A stretch of 64,000 nucleotides of DNA from Acholeplasmataceae bacterium. Its GTDB lineage: Bacteria; Bacillota_I; Bacilli_A; Acholeplasmatales; Acholeplasmataceae. The stretch covers positions 736,001 to 800,000 of the forward strand of contig OY775910.1 of NCBI GenBank assembly GCA_963675245.1, written 5' to 3'. The position numbers and the translations under genes were made by a program. Numbering within the stretch: position 1 is the stretch's first letter; each line of letters starts with the position of its first letter. This document shows positions 20,826 through 36,657 of this stretch, piece after piece. The notes under the pieces are model-generated. The model searched no databases and was not told where the DNA came from. It saw only the letters and a list, made by a program, of their open reading frames with translations.

Positions 20826-21089
20826 ATGAAAAAAGGAATTCATCCAAATTTCAACGTTATTAAGGTAAAATGCTCAACTTGCGGGTTTGAACATGAAATC
20901 GGAACGACAATTAAAGATTTCAGAATTGATACATGTTCAAATTGCCATCCATTCTATACAGGACAACAAACGTTCGTTCAGGCAGCTGGACGTGTTGAAA
21001 GATTCAACAAGCGTTATGGCATTAACAGCAATCAGCAACAACCACAAAACGAAGAAAATACAGAAGCAGAAGTTAAAGAACAAGAATAA
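20826..21089 (+). CDS. rpmE: 50S ribosomal protein L31 (Zn-type) with Q/E-rich tail
   Basis: MKKGIHP, CSTC, CSNCHPFYTG, GRVERFNKRY. Confidence 0.95.
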   Translation: MKKGIHPNFNVIKVKCSTCGFEHEIGTTIKDFRIDTCSNCHPFYTGQQTFVQAAGRVERFNKRYGINSNQQQPQNEENTEAEVKEQE

Positions 21090-21139
21090 CGTGATATTAA
21101 TCACGTTTTTTCTTAAACAGAGGACAGAGGTGTCAGGGG

Positions 21140-21730
21140 ATGTATCATACATATAACAAAGGGTTTATTGAAGTTGTCTGTGGACCAATGTTTGCAGGTA
21201 AAACAGAAGAGTTGATTAGACGAATCAAAAGACTTGAATATGCGAAACAAAATGTACTCGTCTTTAAACCAGCTGTTGATGTTCGCTATGAAAAAGATGA
21301 AATTGTCTCACATAACCTATCTAAAAAACCATCCATCGTTGTAGGTACAAGTGGAGAAATTATGGATTATGTTCAAGAAGCAACGGACGCTGTTGTGATT
21401 GATGAAGCACAATTTTTTGATCACGGGATTGTTGATGTTGCTGAACATTTAGCAGATCGCGGAATTCGCGTGATTGTAGGCGGTTTAGATACTGACTTTA
21501 GAGGTGAACCATTTGGTGCAATGCCAGACTTGCTTGCTAGAGCTGAGTTTGTTACAAAACTCACTGCGATTTGTGTGAAGAGCGGGTTACCAGCAACAAG
21601 AACACAACGTATCATTAATGGTAGACCAGCGAATTATTCGGATCCTTTAGTGCTGATTGGCGCGACAGAGTCTTATGAACCAAGATCAAGACATTATCAT
21701 GAAGTCCCAGGAAAACCTAAAAAAGATTAA
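21140..21730 (+). CDS. tdk: Thymidine kinase
   Basis: GPMFAGKTEEL, IDEAQFF, GLDTDFRGEPF. Confidence 0.97.
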   Translation: MYHTYNKGFIEVVCGPMFAGKTEELIRRIKRLEYAKQNVLVFKPAVDVRYEKDEIVSHNLSKKPSIVVGTSGEIMDYVQEATDAVVIDEAQFFDHGIVDVAEHLADRGIRVIVGGLDTDFRGEPFGAMPDLLARAEFVTKLTAICVKSGLPATRTQRIINGRPANYSDPLVLIGATESYEPRSRHYHEVPGKPKKD

Positions 21731-22166
21731 ATTTATGACCGCTGCACTTAAAGAAGCACAAAAAGCATTTGAAAAAAATGAAGTGCCCGTTGGTGCAGTC
21801 GTCGTATATGATGGTAAAATCATTGCGAGAGGTCATAATAAAAGAGAAGGCGAACAGCTCATTCACGGCCATGCAGAATTTTTGGCAATGATGAAAGCTG
21901 CGAAAAAATTAGGCAGTTGGCGGTTAGAAGATTGTGACATATATGTGACGATGGAGCCGTGCCCAATGTGTGCTGGCGCGATGATTCAATCACGTGTTAG
22001 AAATGTTTTTTATGGTGTTAAGGATTATAAGTCTGGTGTCGCTGATAGTATCATGGAAATGTTTGACTTACCCTTTAATCATCATGTGCACGTTGAAGGA
22101 ATGATTATGGCAGAAGAAAGCGAAGCATTGTTAAAAAGGTTTTTCAAACAATTAAGACATAAATAG
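21699..22166 (+). CDS. tadA: tRNA adenosine(34) deaminase (start uncertain)
   Basis: EVPVGAV, HAE, EPCPMCAGA. Confidence 0.9.
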   Translation: MKSQENLKKIKFMTAALKEAQKAFEKNEVPVGAVVVYDGKIIARGHNKREGEQLIHGHAEFLAMMKAAKKLGSWRLEDCDIYVTMEPCPMCAGAMIQSRVRNVFYGVKDYKSGVADSIMEMFDLPFNHHVHVEGMIMAEESEALLKRFFKQLRHK

Positions 22167-22274
22167 CCCTTTTCGGGCATCATCACTCAATTGTAGCGTG
22201 TGAACCTGGTCAGGCCTTGATCGGAGCAGCCATAAGCACTTCTATGATGTGGGTGATGATGCCCGAGTAGGGCT
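22165..22274 (+). ncRNA. ffs: Small bacterial SRP RNA (4.5S-like)
   Basis: Long hairpin AGCCCT..TCGGGCATCATCAC / GTGATGATGCCCGA..AGGGCT with domain IV core GGTCAGG...GGAGCAGCC; follows tadA as in Firmicutes. Confidence 0.85.
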
Positions 22275-22370
22275 TTTATTATTTGAATAACCAATAAATC
22301 ATGTACTAACCAGATACTAAAGGTGTATACTATACAATGTAAGAAATAAAAAAATTCAAGATTTAGTGGG

Positions 22371-24701
22371 GTGCTTAAGGTGGGGAAAAAGTCTATTTGG
22401 TTAATCTTAATCATGATGTTTTTTTTAGTATCTTGCCAAAGTCAAATTTCTAGCATAGAAGATATCGATAACTATATTGAAAATTTTATGTCTCACAGTA
22501 ATCAATTTAATATTGATACAACAATTGATGCATCTATTACTGCTAACGGTGTTGAAACATCACTTACTGAAGAGATTGAAATGTTTATTCAAATAGAGCC
22601 ATACTACCTTACATATGTGGACGAAGGTATGACATATATAGAGTATATGGAAGACGACTTAATAAAAACAGCTTCGTATGATGAAATGTCACAAGTTGAA
22701 GGAAAATTTCTATATACATATTTAGAATATTTGCCTGATAATTATACAACATACGATATTGAATTAGATTTAAAAGACAATCATTATGATATAAAAAAGA
22801 CAAGACAGGGTTCATATGTCATAGAGGCTAACGTTAGAGATTTACTTTCAGAAAATGATTATGAATTAATTAATGCAATGATGGGCTCATTTCATTCAAC
22901 AGATGATTTTATAGAAGATGCTACTGCTAAAGCAGAGATTTTTTTATCAAGAAAAGAAATACGTTATATTGTGACAGTAAATATCGATATTGATGATTAT
23001 GATATTGCAGTGGAAGTTACAATGGACTTAAAAATTAGGTATGCATCATTTACAACAGTCGATGTTAGTGATACAACATTGTTTTTCCCTATCTCTTCTG
23101 GTGAAGGATCAGCTGTCATTGATGTTCACGAACATATATTATATCCTGCTCATCGAACAGGAGCAGTTAGTTACGATATTTATTTAGAGCCAGGTAAGTA
23201 TGTGTTTGATATCTTAGAAGAAGATTTTTCTGGAAGAAGAGTTCATGTTAATATCTATGACAAAAATACACTTGAAAGTGTATTAACTTTCGCAGACGTA
23301 TATAGTCCTACATACGATTTATATGAATCATCTATTAACACCTATTTCAATATCAATGAGGTGGGATATTACGAAATATTCATTGAGTATCCAGAATCAA
23401 ACATACCCGTAATTAGTCAACTTAAGGAGTATGAATATGATACAGATGGCACGATAAATCATGACTTAGTGGTTACTGAAAGTGGTACATATTACTACAA
23501 CATTGAAGGCCCATATGATTTCTTTTCTATCTATATTGACATACCTGGTTATACATATGTAGATATCACAAATTCAAACGGAAATAAGATGTATTTTACA
23601 GAATATGGCGAAGAAGAAATATATCATACATATAGTTTACACAATACACTTTCATATTTAAATCATGATCCACACAATATTTATATATTTGGTGACAACG
23701 CAATCAGTGGGACAGTTACTATTGAGTTAGAGCATTTAGATACAGCGGGTGAAATAGATTTTGACACAATGCCCGACATGCTAACAACGTTTGACATATA
23801 TTTACACACACAAAGTGACTTTATAGATCAATATTTAAAAGTTGAAATCATATCTCAAGGGTTTTATGAATTCTACTATGATATTATTGAAGGCTATCCA
23901 TTGATAAAAGATGCCCTGTATACTCAAAATGGAGAATTAGTAACAAACATCAATGAAGGCGAGATTGTACCACTAAGTATAGGAACATATTATTATTTAG
24001 TTTTGGGTGATAATTATGATGGTTACTACGGCATACGATATGATATGACATCAAAACATATTATCTCAAACGATTTGACAACACTTAATTCAATTGAAAC
24101 ACTTATAGGTAATTTAAATGACCTAAACTTAATTTGGGATTCAATAACAAGTAAAGATGACTATATTGTTTACAATTTTACATTGACAGAAGAAACAGAC
24201 GTTGTTATATCAAATGAAAGTGAATATCAATTGTATGCTGCTAGTGGAGAGAAGATTAGTTTAAATTTATATGATGCCACGTCGTATGGTGTTTACAGAT
24301 TAGATGCTGGAGACTACTTTGTTGGGGTGACGTTACCAAAAACATTTAATACAGATAATCTACCTTATGAGTATCATTTACTGCTTGGAGAATTAAATGT
24401 TCCTGGTTCTGAAAATGATACTTCAGTTTATCCATACTTTGAAATTTTAGAACCAAGAACCTGGGGAAATTCAATGCCAGATTATCTGGGAGATATTGAT
24501 GGTTATAAAATTATAGTTGACAAAGAAACAACATATGCTTTTACAGCTTATGAGTGGACAACAATTTTCAAAGGCAAACAACTGATTGCCACATTTTACA
24601 ACAGTGATACAATAACATTAGAACCTGGGATTTATTATGTCATTGGTGCGAGAAACCCAGAATATAATCCTTGGCACTTATACTATGATATTGTGGCGTA
24701 A
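22371..24701 (+). CDS. Large acidic Tyr-rich surface lipoprotein, function unknown
   Basis: LVSC lipobox; recurring 'L.PG.YY' beta-sandwich-like segments; start may be GTG 22380. Confidence 0.75.
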   Translation: MLKVGKKSIWLILIMMFFLVSCQSQISSIEDIDNYIENFMSHSNQFNIDTTIDASITANGVETSLTEEIEMFIQIEPYYLTYVDEGMTYIEYMEDDLIKTASYDEMSQVEGKFLYTYLEYLPDNYTTYDIELDLKDNHYDIKKTRQGSYVIEANVRDLLSENDYELINAMMGSFHSTDDFIEDATAKAEIFLSRKEIRYIVTVNIDIDDYDIAVEVTMDLKIRYASFTTVDVSDTTLFFPISSGEGSAVIDVHEHILYPAHRTGAVSYDIYLEPGKYVFDILEEDFSGRRVHVNIYDKNTLESVLTFADVYSPTYDLYESSINTYFNINEVGYYEIFIEYPESNIPVISQLKEYEYDTDGTINHDLVVTESGTYYYNIEGPYDFFSIYIDIPGYTYVDITNSNGNKMYFTEYGEEEIYHTYSLHNTLSYLNHDPHNIYIFGDNAISGTVTIELEHLDTAGEIDFDTMPDMLTTFDIYLHTQSDFIDQYLKVEIISQGFYEFYYDIIEGYPLIKDALYTQNGELVTNINEGEIVPLSIGTYYYLVLGDNYDGYYGIRYDMTSKHIISNDLTTLNSIETLIGNLNDLNLIWDSITSKDDYIVYNFTLTEETDVVISNESEYQLYAASGEKISLNLYDATSYGVYRLDAGDYFVGVTLPKTFNTDNLPYEYHLLLGELNVPGSENDTSVYPYFEILEPRTWGNSMPDYLGDIDGYKIIVDKETTYAFTAYEWTTIFKGKQLIATFYNSDTITLEPGIYYVIGARNPEYNPWHLYYDIVA

Positions 24702-24712
24702 TTTATAAAGTT

Positions 24713-24755
24713 AAAACAGAAGATTTATTATATGAACGATAAATCTTCTGTTTTT
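24713..24755 (+). terminator. Intrinsic terminator
   Basis: AAAACAGAAGATTTAT...ATAAATCTTCTGTTTTT. Confidence 0.8.
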
Positions 24756-24850
24756 ATGATGAAATCATAACATTTCACGCCTTTTACTTTACGCTTGCGA
24801 GTATGATGATGTTATAATGATTATGACGTAAAATAACGGAGGAAACATAT

Positions 24851-25519
24851 ATGAGATTAAACCCTAAAGTATTTAAGGCACTTACAGGCGATCCTTTCGC
24901 TGTGCAAGAGATTGATGGCCAAAGAGTGGAATTCCATTATATGGACGATACACCATATCTCGAACAATATACGGCACGTGGTCGTTTCGCGATTTGGACA
25001 TCAGACGGTAAAGGAAATTATAAAGTTCTTATTCAAAGTCAATATTATGAAGCATTGAAACCATTTTATGAACAAGGTGTTAATAAAATTTGGTTAGGTT
25101 TTTTATCAAAAGTTGGCACGATGAGCAGAAAAGTAAACATGTTATTCTTAATTCCAACAATGGTTGTTTACGCGATTGCAGTTGTGTTGTTCTCAATTTT
25201 CTGGGAAGAACAAATTATGATCTTATTGATTGTCATGCTCGCAAGCGTTATTGTTACTAACATGTTTCAAAGCAGATATGTTAACAAGAAAGTAAAAGAA
25301 GAAAACAACAACACACAAGAAGCAATTAAAGCATATGTGGGAGAAGAAGAATTCTCAGCATTAGTTAAAAACCAAGAAACATTCTTTGCTGAATATTTTA
25401 AGACCGAAGAAGTTCAGCCTGAAACACCTGCTGAAAGTGAAGAACAAGAAGTGATTGAAGCAGACATAGAACCATCTGAAACAAATAGTAATGAAGAGGA
25501 CGATTCAAATGACAAATAA
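24851..25519 (+). CDS. Hypothetical two-TM membrane protein with acidic tail
   Basis: GGAGG RBS, TGTTATAAT promoter, overlaps tkt start. Confidence 0.8.
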   Translation: MRLNPKVFKALTGDPFAVQEIDGQRVEFHYMDDTPYLEQYTARGRFAIWTSDGKGNYKVLIQSQYYEALKPFYEQGVNKIWLGFLSKVGTMSRKVNMLFLIPTMVVYAIAVVLFSIFWEEQIMILLIVMLASVIVTNMFQSRYVNKKVKEENNNTQEAIKAYVGEEEFSALVKNQETFFAEYFKTEEVQPETPAESEEQEVIEADIEPSETNSNEEDDSNDK

Positions 25520-27461
25520 GGCAATAGATGCAATCAGATTTTTAGCTGTTGATGCCATCAATAAGGCAAACAGCGGACACCCAGGTATTGTTTTAGGATC
25601 TGCACCAATGGCATATCAACTTTTCACAGAACACTTAAACATTGACGTTAAGAATCCTAAATGGATCAACCGTGACCGTTTTGTATTATCTGCTGGTCAT
25701 GGCTCAATGTTACTATATGCATTAAACCATCTTGTTGGATATAAAGTATCCATGGAAGATATAAAGAATTTTAGACAAATTGGAAAAACACCAGGACATC
25801 CTGAATATGGACATACTGAAGGTGTAGAAACAACTTCTGGACCATTAGGCCAAGGGATTAGTAATGCTGTCGGTATGGCGTTAGCTGAAACACATTTAGC
25901 CGCTAGATTTAATAAAGAAAATTTCCCAATCATCAATCATTACACATATGCTTTATGTGGTGATGGTGATCTTCAAGAAGGGGTTGCTTTAGAAGCAGTA
26001 AGTCTTGCAGGACATTTAGGGTTAGGCAAACTCATTGTTTTATATGATTCAAATGATATCCAATTAGACGGACCAACCAAATGGGCAATAAGCGAAGATA
26101 AAAAAGGTAAGTTTGAGGCATTAGGCTGGCAATATATCCTAGTAAAAGATGGCAATGATTTAGTTGCTTTACAAAAGGCGATTAGAAAAGCGAAAAGAGA
26201 AACAGAAAAACCAACACTCATCGAAGTGAAGACAGTCATTGGTTATGGTACCAGTTTAGCGGGCACTTCGGCTGTACATGGTGCAGCGATTGGTGAAGAA
26301 AAAGCTGATGAAATGCGCAAAAATTTAGGGTGGGAATTTCCACCGTTTGAAATACCTAGTGAGATTTATAATTTATATCGTCGCAAGGTAACATTGCGTG
26401 GACAACGTGTTCATCGTCGTTGGAAGAAACTTTTAAGTGAATATCGTTCTTCTTATCCAAATGAAGCAGCATTACTAGATTCATTTTTGGACGGTCACGT
26501 GACGGTTAATCTTGATGATTATGCAAACATCATGAATGTTGATAAAGAAGCGACTCGTGCGACGAGTGGCAAAATGATTAATGCATTATCATCTAAGTAT
26601 TTGAATTTGATTGGTGGATCTGCAGATTTAACCGCTTCTACAAAAGCGAAAGGTGCAGATGGGCATTTTAATAAGGAAAACAGATTAGCAAGAAACGTAA
26701 ACTTCGGTGTCAGAGAACACGCGATGGGTGCGATTGCTAATGGTATGGTTTTACATGGCGGGTTAAAAGTGTTTACGGGTGCGTTCTTCGTATTCAGTGA
26801 TTACATGAAACCAGCTATACGCTTAGCAGCGATTATGCAAATCCCTACGATTTTTGTCTTCTCACATGATACAATCGCAGTTGGAGAAGATGGACCAACG
26901 CACGAACCTATTGAACAATTAGCTGGTTTACGTGCAATTCCCGGGCTTAATGTGATTCGTCCTGCAGATGCGAAAGAAGTTGCTGCTGCATGGAAAGTCG
27001 CGATGGAATCAACAAGCACACCTACTGCTATTATCTTAACAAGACAAGGTATTAAAAACCATGCCTCTTCAAGTTATGAAGGGCTTGTTAAAGGTGCTTA
27101 TGTGGTATCTCCTGAAAAAGAAACTATCGATGGTATTTTATTAGCTGCTGGATCAGAAGTTGATTTAGCGTTAGAAGCGAAAAAGTTATTATCAGCAGAA
27201 GGTAAAGACATTAGAGTTGTTAGCATGCCTTCGCACTATTTCTTTGAAAAACAAACAAAGAAATATCAAAAACAAATTTTACCTGGACGTGCAAAAGTGG
27301 TTGCGGTAGAAATGGGTTCAAGACAGTCTTGGTATAAATATGCAAAAGATGTTTATGGCTTAGATGAGTTTGGTGTAAGTGCGCCACAAGATGTTGCACT
27401 TAAGCATTTCCATTTCACACCGGAAGAACTTGCAGCATATGCAAAAAAGGTATTTAAGTAA
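25509..27461 (+). CDS. tkt: Transketolase
   Basis: [39 protein letters not shown]. Confidence 0.97.
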   Translation: MTNKAIDAIRFLAVDAINKANSGHPGIVLGSAPMAYQLFTEHLNIDVKNPKWINRDRFVLSAGHGSMLLYALNHLVGYKVSMEDIKNFRQIGKTPGHPEYGHTEGVETTSGPLGQGISNAVGMALAETHLAARFNKENFPIINHYTYALCGDGDLQEGVALEAVSLAGHLGLGKLIVLYDSNDIQLDGPTKWAISEDKKGKFEALGWQYILVKDGNDLVALQKAIRKAKRETEKPTLIEVKTVIGYGTSLAGTSAVHGAAIGEEKADEMRKNLGWEFPPFEIPSEIYNLYRRKVTLRGQRVHRRWKKLLSEYRSSYPNEAALLDSFLDGHVTVNLDDYANIMNVDKEATRATSGKMINALSSKYLNLIGGSADLTASTKAKGADGHFNKENRLARNVNFGVREHAMGAIANGMVLHGGLKVFTGAFFVFSDYMKPAIRLAAIMQIPTIFVFSHDTIAVGEDGPTHEPIEQLAGLRAIPGLNVIRPADAKEVAAAWKVAMESTSTPTAIILTRQGIKNHASSSYEGLVKGAYVVSPEKETIDGILLAAGSEVDLALEAKKLLSAEGKDIRVVSMPSHYFFEKQTKKYQKQILPGRAKVVAVEMGSRQSWYKYAKDVYGLDEFGVSAPQDVALKHFHFTPEELAAYAKKVFK

Positions 27462-27472
27462 GAAGTGATTTT

Positions 27473-29335
27473 ATGATTTACGATGGTATCATCGTTGGCG
27501 CTGGTCACGCAGGTGTAGAAGCTGCACTTGCCATGGCACGCATGAATAAGCATACAATACTCATTACAGGCAACCTGAACAAGGTTGCTTCTTTGCCTTG
27601 TAACCCCTCTATTGGTGGTCCTGCTAAAGGGATTGTTGTAAGAGAAATTGACGCACTCGGTGGCCAAATGGCTAAAAGTGCGGATCAAGGGCAAATTCAA
27701 ATCAAGATGTTAAATGCATCTAAAGGACCTGCTGTAAGAGCGTTACGCGCACAAATTGATAAATTAATGTATCCAAAAATTATGTTAGATGTGTTAAAAA
27801 ATACTGAAAACCTGACCCTATTAGAAGAACTCGTTGACCAAATGATCGTTGAAGATAATCGTGTCACCGGTGTTATATTAAAGAATGGTGAAAAGGTTTA
27901 TGGAAAAACAGTTATTCTAACGACAGGTACATATCTTGCAAGTAATATTTTAATTGGTAAAGAAAAGACAACCAGTGGGCCACATGGTGAACCGACGACA
28001 TTTGGTATATCTGGTCAATTAAAAGAATTGGGATTTGAAGTAGTTCGTTTAAAGACGGGCACACCACAACGCATCGCGATTGATTCGATCGATCCATCAA
28101 AAATGGTCGTTCAACCTGGCGATGAGATGGCATGGACATTCAGCTATGATAATCATTATCAGGATGAAAACCCGCAAAAGGTTTGTTATTTAACACACAC
28201 CACACCAGAAACACACGAGATCATTAATGAACACTTAACTGAATCTGCGATGTATGGTGGTATTGTTGAAGGTGTTGGACCAAGATATTGTCCATCCATT
28301 GAAGATAAAGTGGTTCGCTTTTCTGATAAGAACAGACACCAAATCTTTATTGAACCGGAAAGTTTATCTTTAGATGAATTATATGTTCAAGGTTTTTCAA
28401 CAAGTCTTCCAAGAGATGTTCAAGAAGAAATGATTAGAACTATCCCTGGATTAGAAAACGTTAAGATTATAAGGTACGCGTACGCGATAGAGTATGACGC
28501 AATTAATCCTATTCAATTAAACGCGACGTTAGAAACAAAACGTATTGAAAACTTATTTTGTGCGGGACAAATCAATGGCACAAGTGGTTATGAAGAAGCA
28601 GCTGGTCAAGGTTTAATGGCAGGTATTAATGCTGCGTTAAAGTTAGACCATAAAGAGCCACTTGTCTTAGAAAGACATGAAGCGTATATTGGTGTTTTAA
28701 TTGATGACCTAGTTACTAAAGGAACAGTAGAACCATATCGCTTGTTTACATCACGTGCTGAACATCGTCTTTTATTAAGACATGATAATGCAGATATCAG
28801 ACTTCGCGATTATGGCTATCAAATCGGTTTAGTGGATGAACAGACCTATCAATCGTATCTCGCTAAAAAAGACGCAATAAGTGCTTTATATGAAGACGTA
28901 AATACGTATCGCGTGTTGCCAACGGATGATAACAATCATTATTTAACATCTCGTGGCTCTGCGAAGATATTTGAAGCGATGACGATTGCTGATTTACTTA
29001 AGCGACCTGAGTTTAATCGTCAAGATATTGTTCACTTTCTGGGTGATCGATATGAAGAGGATATTTTAGAACAAGTTGAAATTGATATTAAATATGATGG
29101 TTATATCAAGAAGGCACTAAGAGAAGCTGAACGTATGACACGTTTGGAACATAAACTAATACCTGCTGATATTGATTATCATGATATTAACAATCTTTCC
29201 TCTGAGAGCCGTGAAAAATTATTAAAGATTAACCCTAGAACCATTGGTCAGGCATCACGAATATCAGGTGTTAATCCTGCAGATATATCGGTGTTAGTTG
29301 TTTATATTGAAGCGGGGATGAGAAAACGTGTTTAA
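27473..29335 (+). CDS. mnmG: tRNA U34 carboxymethylaminomethyl modification enzyme
   Basis: [41 protein letters not shown]. Confidence 0.97.
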   Translation: MIYDGIIVGAGHAGVEAALAMARMNKHTILITGNLNKVASLPCNPSIGGPAKGIVVREIDALGGQMAKSADQGQIQIKMLNASKGPAVRALRAQIDKLMYPKIMLDVLKNTENLTLLEELVDQMIVEDNRVTGVILKNGEKVYGKTVILTTGTYLASNILIGKEKTTSGPHGEPTTFGISGQLKELGFEVVRLKTGTPQRIAIDSIDPSKMVVQPGDEMAWTFSYDNHYQDENPQKVCYLTHTTPETHEIINEHLTESAMYGGIVEGVGPRYCPSIEDKVVRFSDKNRHQIFIEPESLSLDELYVQGFSTSLPRDVQEEMIRTIPGLENVKIIRYAYAIEYDAINPIQLNATLETKRIENLFCAGQINGTSGYEEAAGQGLMAGINAALKLDHKEPLVLERHEAYIGVLIDDLVTKGTVEPYRLFTSRAEHRLLLRHDNADIRLRDYGYQIGLVDEQTYQSYLAKKDAISALYEDVNTYRVLPTDDNNHYLTSRGSAKIFEAMTIADLLKRPEFNRQDIVHFLGDRYEEDILEQVEIDIKYDGYIKKALREAERMTRLEHKLIPADIDYHDINNLSSESREKLLKINPRTIGQASRISGVNPADISVLVVYIEAGMRKRV

Positions 29336-30023
29336 AAATGATGTATTAGAAGGATTGGAAATTGAACTATCCGATCAACAATTAAAAATGTTTGATTTGT
29401 ATTATGAACAACTGATTGCTTATAACGAACATACAAATTTAACGAGAATCACAGAGCGAAATGAAGTGAATATCAAACATTTTTATGATTCACTTACATT
29501 GGCGAAAACGCTCGATTTGACAGCGGTTCGTTCACTTTGTGATATGGGTGCGGGTGCTGGTTTTCCAAGTATCCCTTTGAAATTTATTTATCCTCATTTA
29601 AACATTACAATTATTGATTCACTTGGAAAACGGATTGTCTTTTTAAAACAACTGATTGAAACACTTGATTTAAGAGATGTTAATCTTGTCTATGATCGTA
29701 TTGAAAAGCATGCCGAAAACCATCAAGAGGTTTTTGATGTTGTGGTCGCGAGAGCACTTGGCAGCTTACCATTGATTTTAGAAATGGGGATTCCCATGTT
29801 AAAAACAAAAGGGAAGCTGGTTGCTTATAAAGGACATAATTATGAATCAGAGTTATTAGACAGCAAAAAAACATTGTTAAAACTAGGCTCTAAGTTAATC
29901 GAAGAAGAACGCTACGACTTGCCTAATGATATGGGGCATCGTGTGCACTTAGTTGTTGAAAAAATGAAGCATGTCCACGGTTATCCAAGAAGCTTTGCTA
30001 TCATGAAGAAAAAGCCTCTTTAA
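29328..30023 (+). CDS. rsmG: 16S rRNA m7G methyltransferase
   Basis: [23 protein letters not shown]. Confidence 0.95.
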   Translation: MFKNDVLEGLEIELSDQQLKMFDLYYEQLIAYNEHTNLTRITERNEVNIKHFYDSLTLAKTLDLTAVRSLCDMGAGAGFPSIPLKFIYPHLNITIIDSLGKRIVFLKQLIETLDLRDVNLVYDRIEKHAENHQEVFDVVVARALGSLPLILEMGIPMLKTKGKLVAYKGHNYESELLDSKKTLLKLGSKLIEEERYDLPNDMGHRVHLVVEKMKHVHGYPRSFAIMKKKPL

Positions 30024-30037
30024 ACGTATAGGTGATA

Positions 30038-30232
30038 ATGATGAAAATCGATTTAAACGATATCTTGGTCACGAAGAAAAAACATGTCTGTGGTTCGGAC
30101 AGGTGGATTGTGACACGTATTGGCGCGGAAGTGAAAATTAAATGTGAAAAGTGTGGACGAGAAGTGATGTTTTTCAAACCAACACTTGAAAAAAGAATCA
30201 AGGCTATTGAGAAGGTTAATACGGCCGAGTAA
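30038..30232 (+). CDS. DUF951 (YyzM-like) protein
   Basis: KKKHVCGS..W...RIGA..KIKC..CGR. Confidence 0.85.
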   Translation: MMKIDLNDILVTKKKHVCGSDRWIVTRIGAEVKIKCEKCGREVMFFKPTLEKRIKAIEKVNTAE

Positions 30233-30346
30233 AACCATTAAATTCATTCAATTTAACGTGTATAATCTAAAAACTCACAAAAAGTTGAGAAAAGCAGTTG
30301 ATATTTTAAGCATGTTAAGTTAGAATATATAAGCAAGCCCAAAATT

Positions 30347-30430
30347 GGAGGGGTAGCGAAGTGGCTAAACGCGGCAGACTGTAAATCTGTTCCCTAGGGT
30401 TCGGCAGTTCGAATCTGCCCCCCTCCACCA
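30347..30430 (+). tRNA. tRNA-Tyr(GTA)
   Basis: GGAGGGG acceptor, CTGTAAA loop, CCA. Confidence 0.95.
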
Positions 30431-30484
30431 TTCTATTTTTGCAAGGCCTTGTTAAAGCAAATTGATATAATTGCACCAAGTGTA

Positions 30485-30559
30485 TTGACAGGGTTCTTTC
30501 ATCATGATAGAATATTAAAGCACGCGTGAGAACGCATGCAATAAAGGTCTTTGAAAACT
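30485..30559 (+). promoter_or_regulatory. rRNA operon promoter and boxA
   Basis: TTGACA-17-TAGAAT; TCTTTGAAAAC boxA, complementary to the post-16S spacer (processing stem). Confidence 0.75.
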
Positions 30560-30660
30560 GAATGATGATGAGCGTAATAGTCGCTTTATGGAGATAAAGC
30601 GACAGAGTTAAAAAGAAACTCAAAAAACAATAAAGAGCTATTAACAAACAAACTATAAAT

Positions 30661-32179
<1,519 letters not shown>

Positions 32180-32293
32180 AAGGAGAAAGGCGAGTCGTAA
32201 CAGACTCATTACAATTCTCACTTATGGGTATTCGCAAGAAGACCTGTAAACATTACACTCATCATATTCAGTTTCCAAAGACCCTTAACATAT

Positions 32294-32370
<77 letters not shown>

Positions 32371-32414
32371 TATAATGATTTATACGGTTTACCCTTTTTT
32401 AGTCACAAAAAAAA

Positions 32415-32490
32415 GGGGCCTTAGCTCAGCTGGGAGAGCGCCTGCTTTGCACGCAGGAGGTCAGGGGTTCGAGCCCCCTAGGCTCCACCA
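32415..32490 (+). tRNA. tRNA-Ala(TGC)
   Basis: Spacer tRNA, TTTGCAC loop, CCA. Confidence 0.97.
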
Positions 32491-32587
32491 ATATTAAAGA
32501 TCTTTGAAAAGTAGATAAAAGCTGTCATAAAAAAGAAAAGTTGTTTTTAAGGCAAAACAACGTGTTGATTATTCTAACGAATAACAA

Positions 32588-35437
<2,850 letters not shown>

Positions 35438-35579
35438 TAGTTTTGAAAAAACGAATAGCACGAGGGTTTTCCTAAGGAAAGCCAGTGCACAAGTTAACAA
35501 TGAAAGCCTTATAGACAACAAACTCTTGATTTTCCTAGTGAAAAACAAGTATGACAGCATTTATCTAGTTTTGAAGGAT

Positions 35580-35691
35580 TGTCTGGTGGCGATGGCGAAG
35601 TGGACACACCTGTTCCCATCCCGAACACAGCAGTTAAGCACTTCTGCGCCGACGATAGCACTAAGGTGCGAAAATAGGACGCTGCCAGGCA
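35580..35691 (+). rRNA. rrf: 5S rRNA
   Basis: TCTGGTGGC...CCCATCCCGAAC...GCTGCCAGGC. Confidence 0.95.
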
Positions 35692-35709
35692 TTTCTTTAA
35701 TAATTAAAT

Positions 35710-35785
35710 GGGAGTTTAGCTCAGTTGGGAGAGCATCTGCCTTACAAGCAGAGGGTCAGCGGTTCGAGCCCGTTAACTCCCACCA
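35710..35785 (+). tRNA. tRNA-Val(TAC)
   Basis: Cloverleaf, CTTACAA loop. Confidence 0.95.
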
Positions 35786-35792
35786 TTTAATT

Positions 35793-35868
35793 GCCGAAAT
35801 AGCTCAATCGGTAGAGCAACTGACTTGTAATCAGTAGGTTGCGGGTTCAATTCCTGTTTTCGGCACCA
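35793..35868 (+). tRNA. tRNA-Thr(TGT)
   Basis: Cloverleaf, CTTGTAA loop. Confidence 0.95.
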
Positions 35869-35874
35869 CTTTTC

Positions 35875-35950
35875 GACCCGTTAGCTCAGTCGGTAGAGCA
35901 CTTGACTTTTAATCAAGGTGTCGAAGGTTCGATTCCTTCACGGGTCACCA
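35875..35950 (+). tRNA. tRNA-Lys(TTT)
   Basis: Cloverleaf, CTTTTAA loop. Confidence 0.95.
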
Positions 35951-35957
35951 CTTTTAT

Positions 35958-36045
35958 GCCCGGATGGTGAAATCGGTAGACACGAAGGACTTAAAATCCT
36001 TTGAGCGATGAGCTCGTGTCGGTTCAAGTCCGACTCCGGGTACCA
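35958..36045 (+). tRNA. tRNA-Leu(TAA)
   Basis: Long variable arm, CTTAAAA loop. Confidence 0.95.
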
Positions 36046-36048
36046 ACC

Positions 36049-36124
36049 GGGGCCTTAGCTCAGCTGGGAGAGCGCCTGCTTTGCACGCAGGAGGTCAGGG
36101 GTTCGATCCCCCTAGGCTCCACCA
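36049..36124 (+). tRNA. tRNA-Ala(TGC)
   Basis: Near-identical to the spacer copy. Confidence 0.95.
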
Positions 36125-36165
36125 AGAGATGCCTTATGCATCCCTAGTAAAACAAACAATTGAAT

Positions 36166-36243
36166 GGCGGTGTAGCTCAGCTGGTTTAGAGCGTACGGCT
36201 CATACCCGTAAGGTCGAGGGTTCAAGTCCCCCCGCCGCTACCA
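36166..36243 (+). tRNA. tRNA-Met(CAT), elongator
   Basis: GGCGGTG acceptor, CTCATAC loop. Confidence 0.9.
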
Positions 36244-36248
36244 ACTAG

Positions 36249-36325
36249 GGACCCGTAGCTCAGTTGGTTAGAGCAGCCGGCTCATAACCGGCCGGTCGTA
36301 GGTTCGAATCCTACCGGGTCCACCA
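36249..36325 (+). tRNA. tRNA(CAT), probable Ile2
   Basis: GGACCCG acceptor, CCGG-CTCATAA-CCGG arm typical of Firmicutes Ile2. Confidence 0.85.
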
Positions 36326-36365
36326 TTCATTATTTTAAATAGATAAAGCTTATGTTATAATAGTT

Positions 36366-36456
36366 GGAGGAATACCCAAGTCTGGCTGAAGGGACTGGTC
36401 TTGAAAACCAGCAGGCTGTCAAAGGCGCGGGGGTTCGAATCCCTCTTCCTCCGCCA
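36366..36456 (+). tRNA. tRNA-Ser(TGA)
   Basis: Long variable arm, CTTGAAA loop. Confidence 0.95.
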
Positions 36457-36490
36457 CTAAGAAATTCCTTTAACTAAAGTTTAAATATAT

Positions 36491-36567
<77 letters not shown>

Positions 36568-36576
36568 AAAAAATTC

Positions 36577-36652
36577 GGTCCGGTGGTGTAGGGGTTAACA
36601 TGCCTGCCTGTCACGCAGGAGATCGCGGGTTCAATTCCCGTCCGGACCGCCA
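36577..36652 (+). tRNA. tRNA-Asp(GTC)
   Basis: Cloverleaf, CTGTCAC loop. Confidence 0.95.
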
Positions 36653-36657
36653 TACTT

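Noticed and set aside
925..28139. Numerous short antisense or alternate-frame ORFs inside housekeeping genes
   Set aside because: Fully overlap well-supported genes and show no recognisable motifs.
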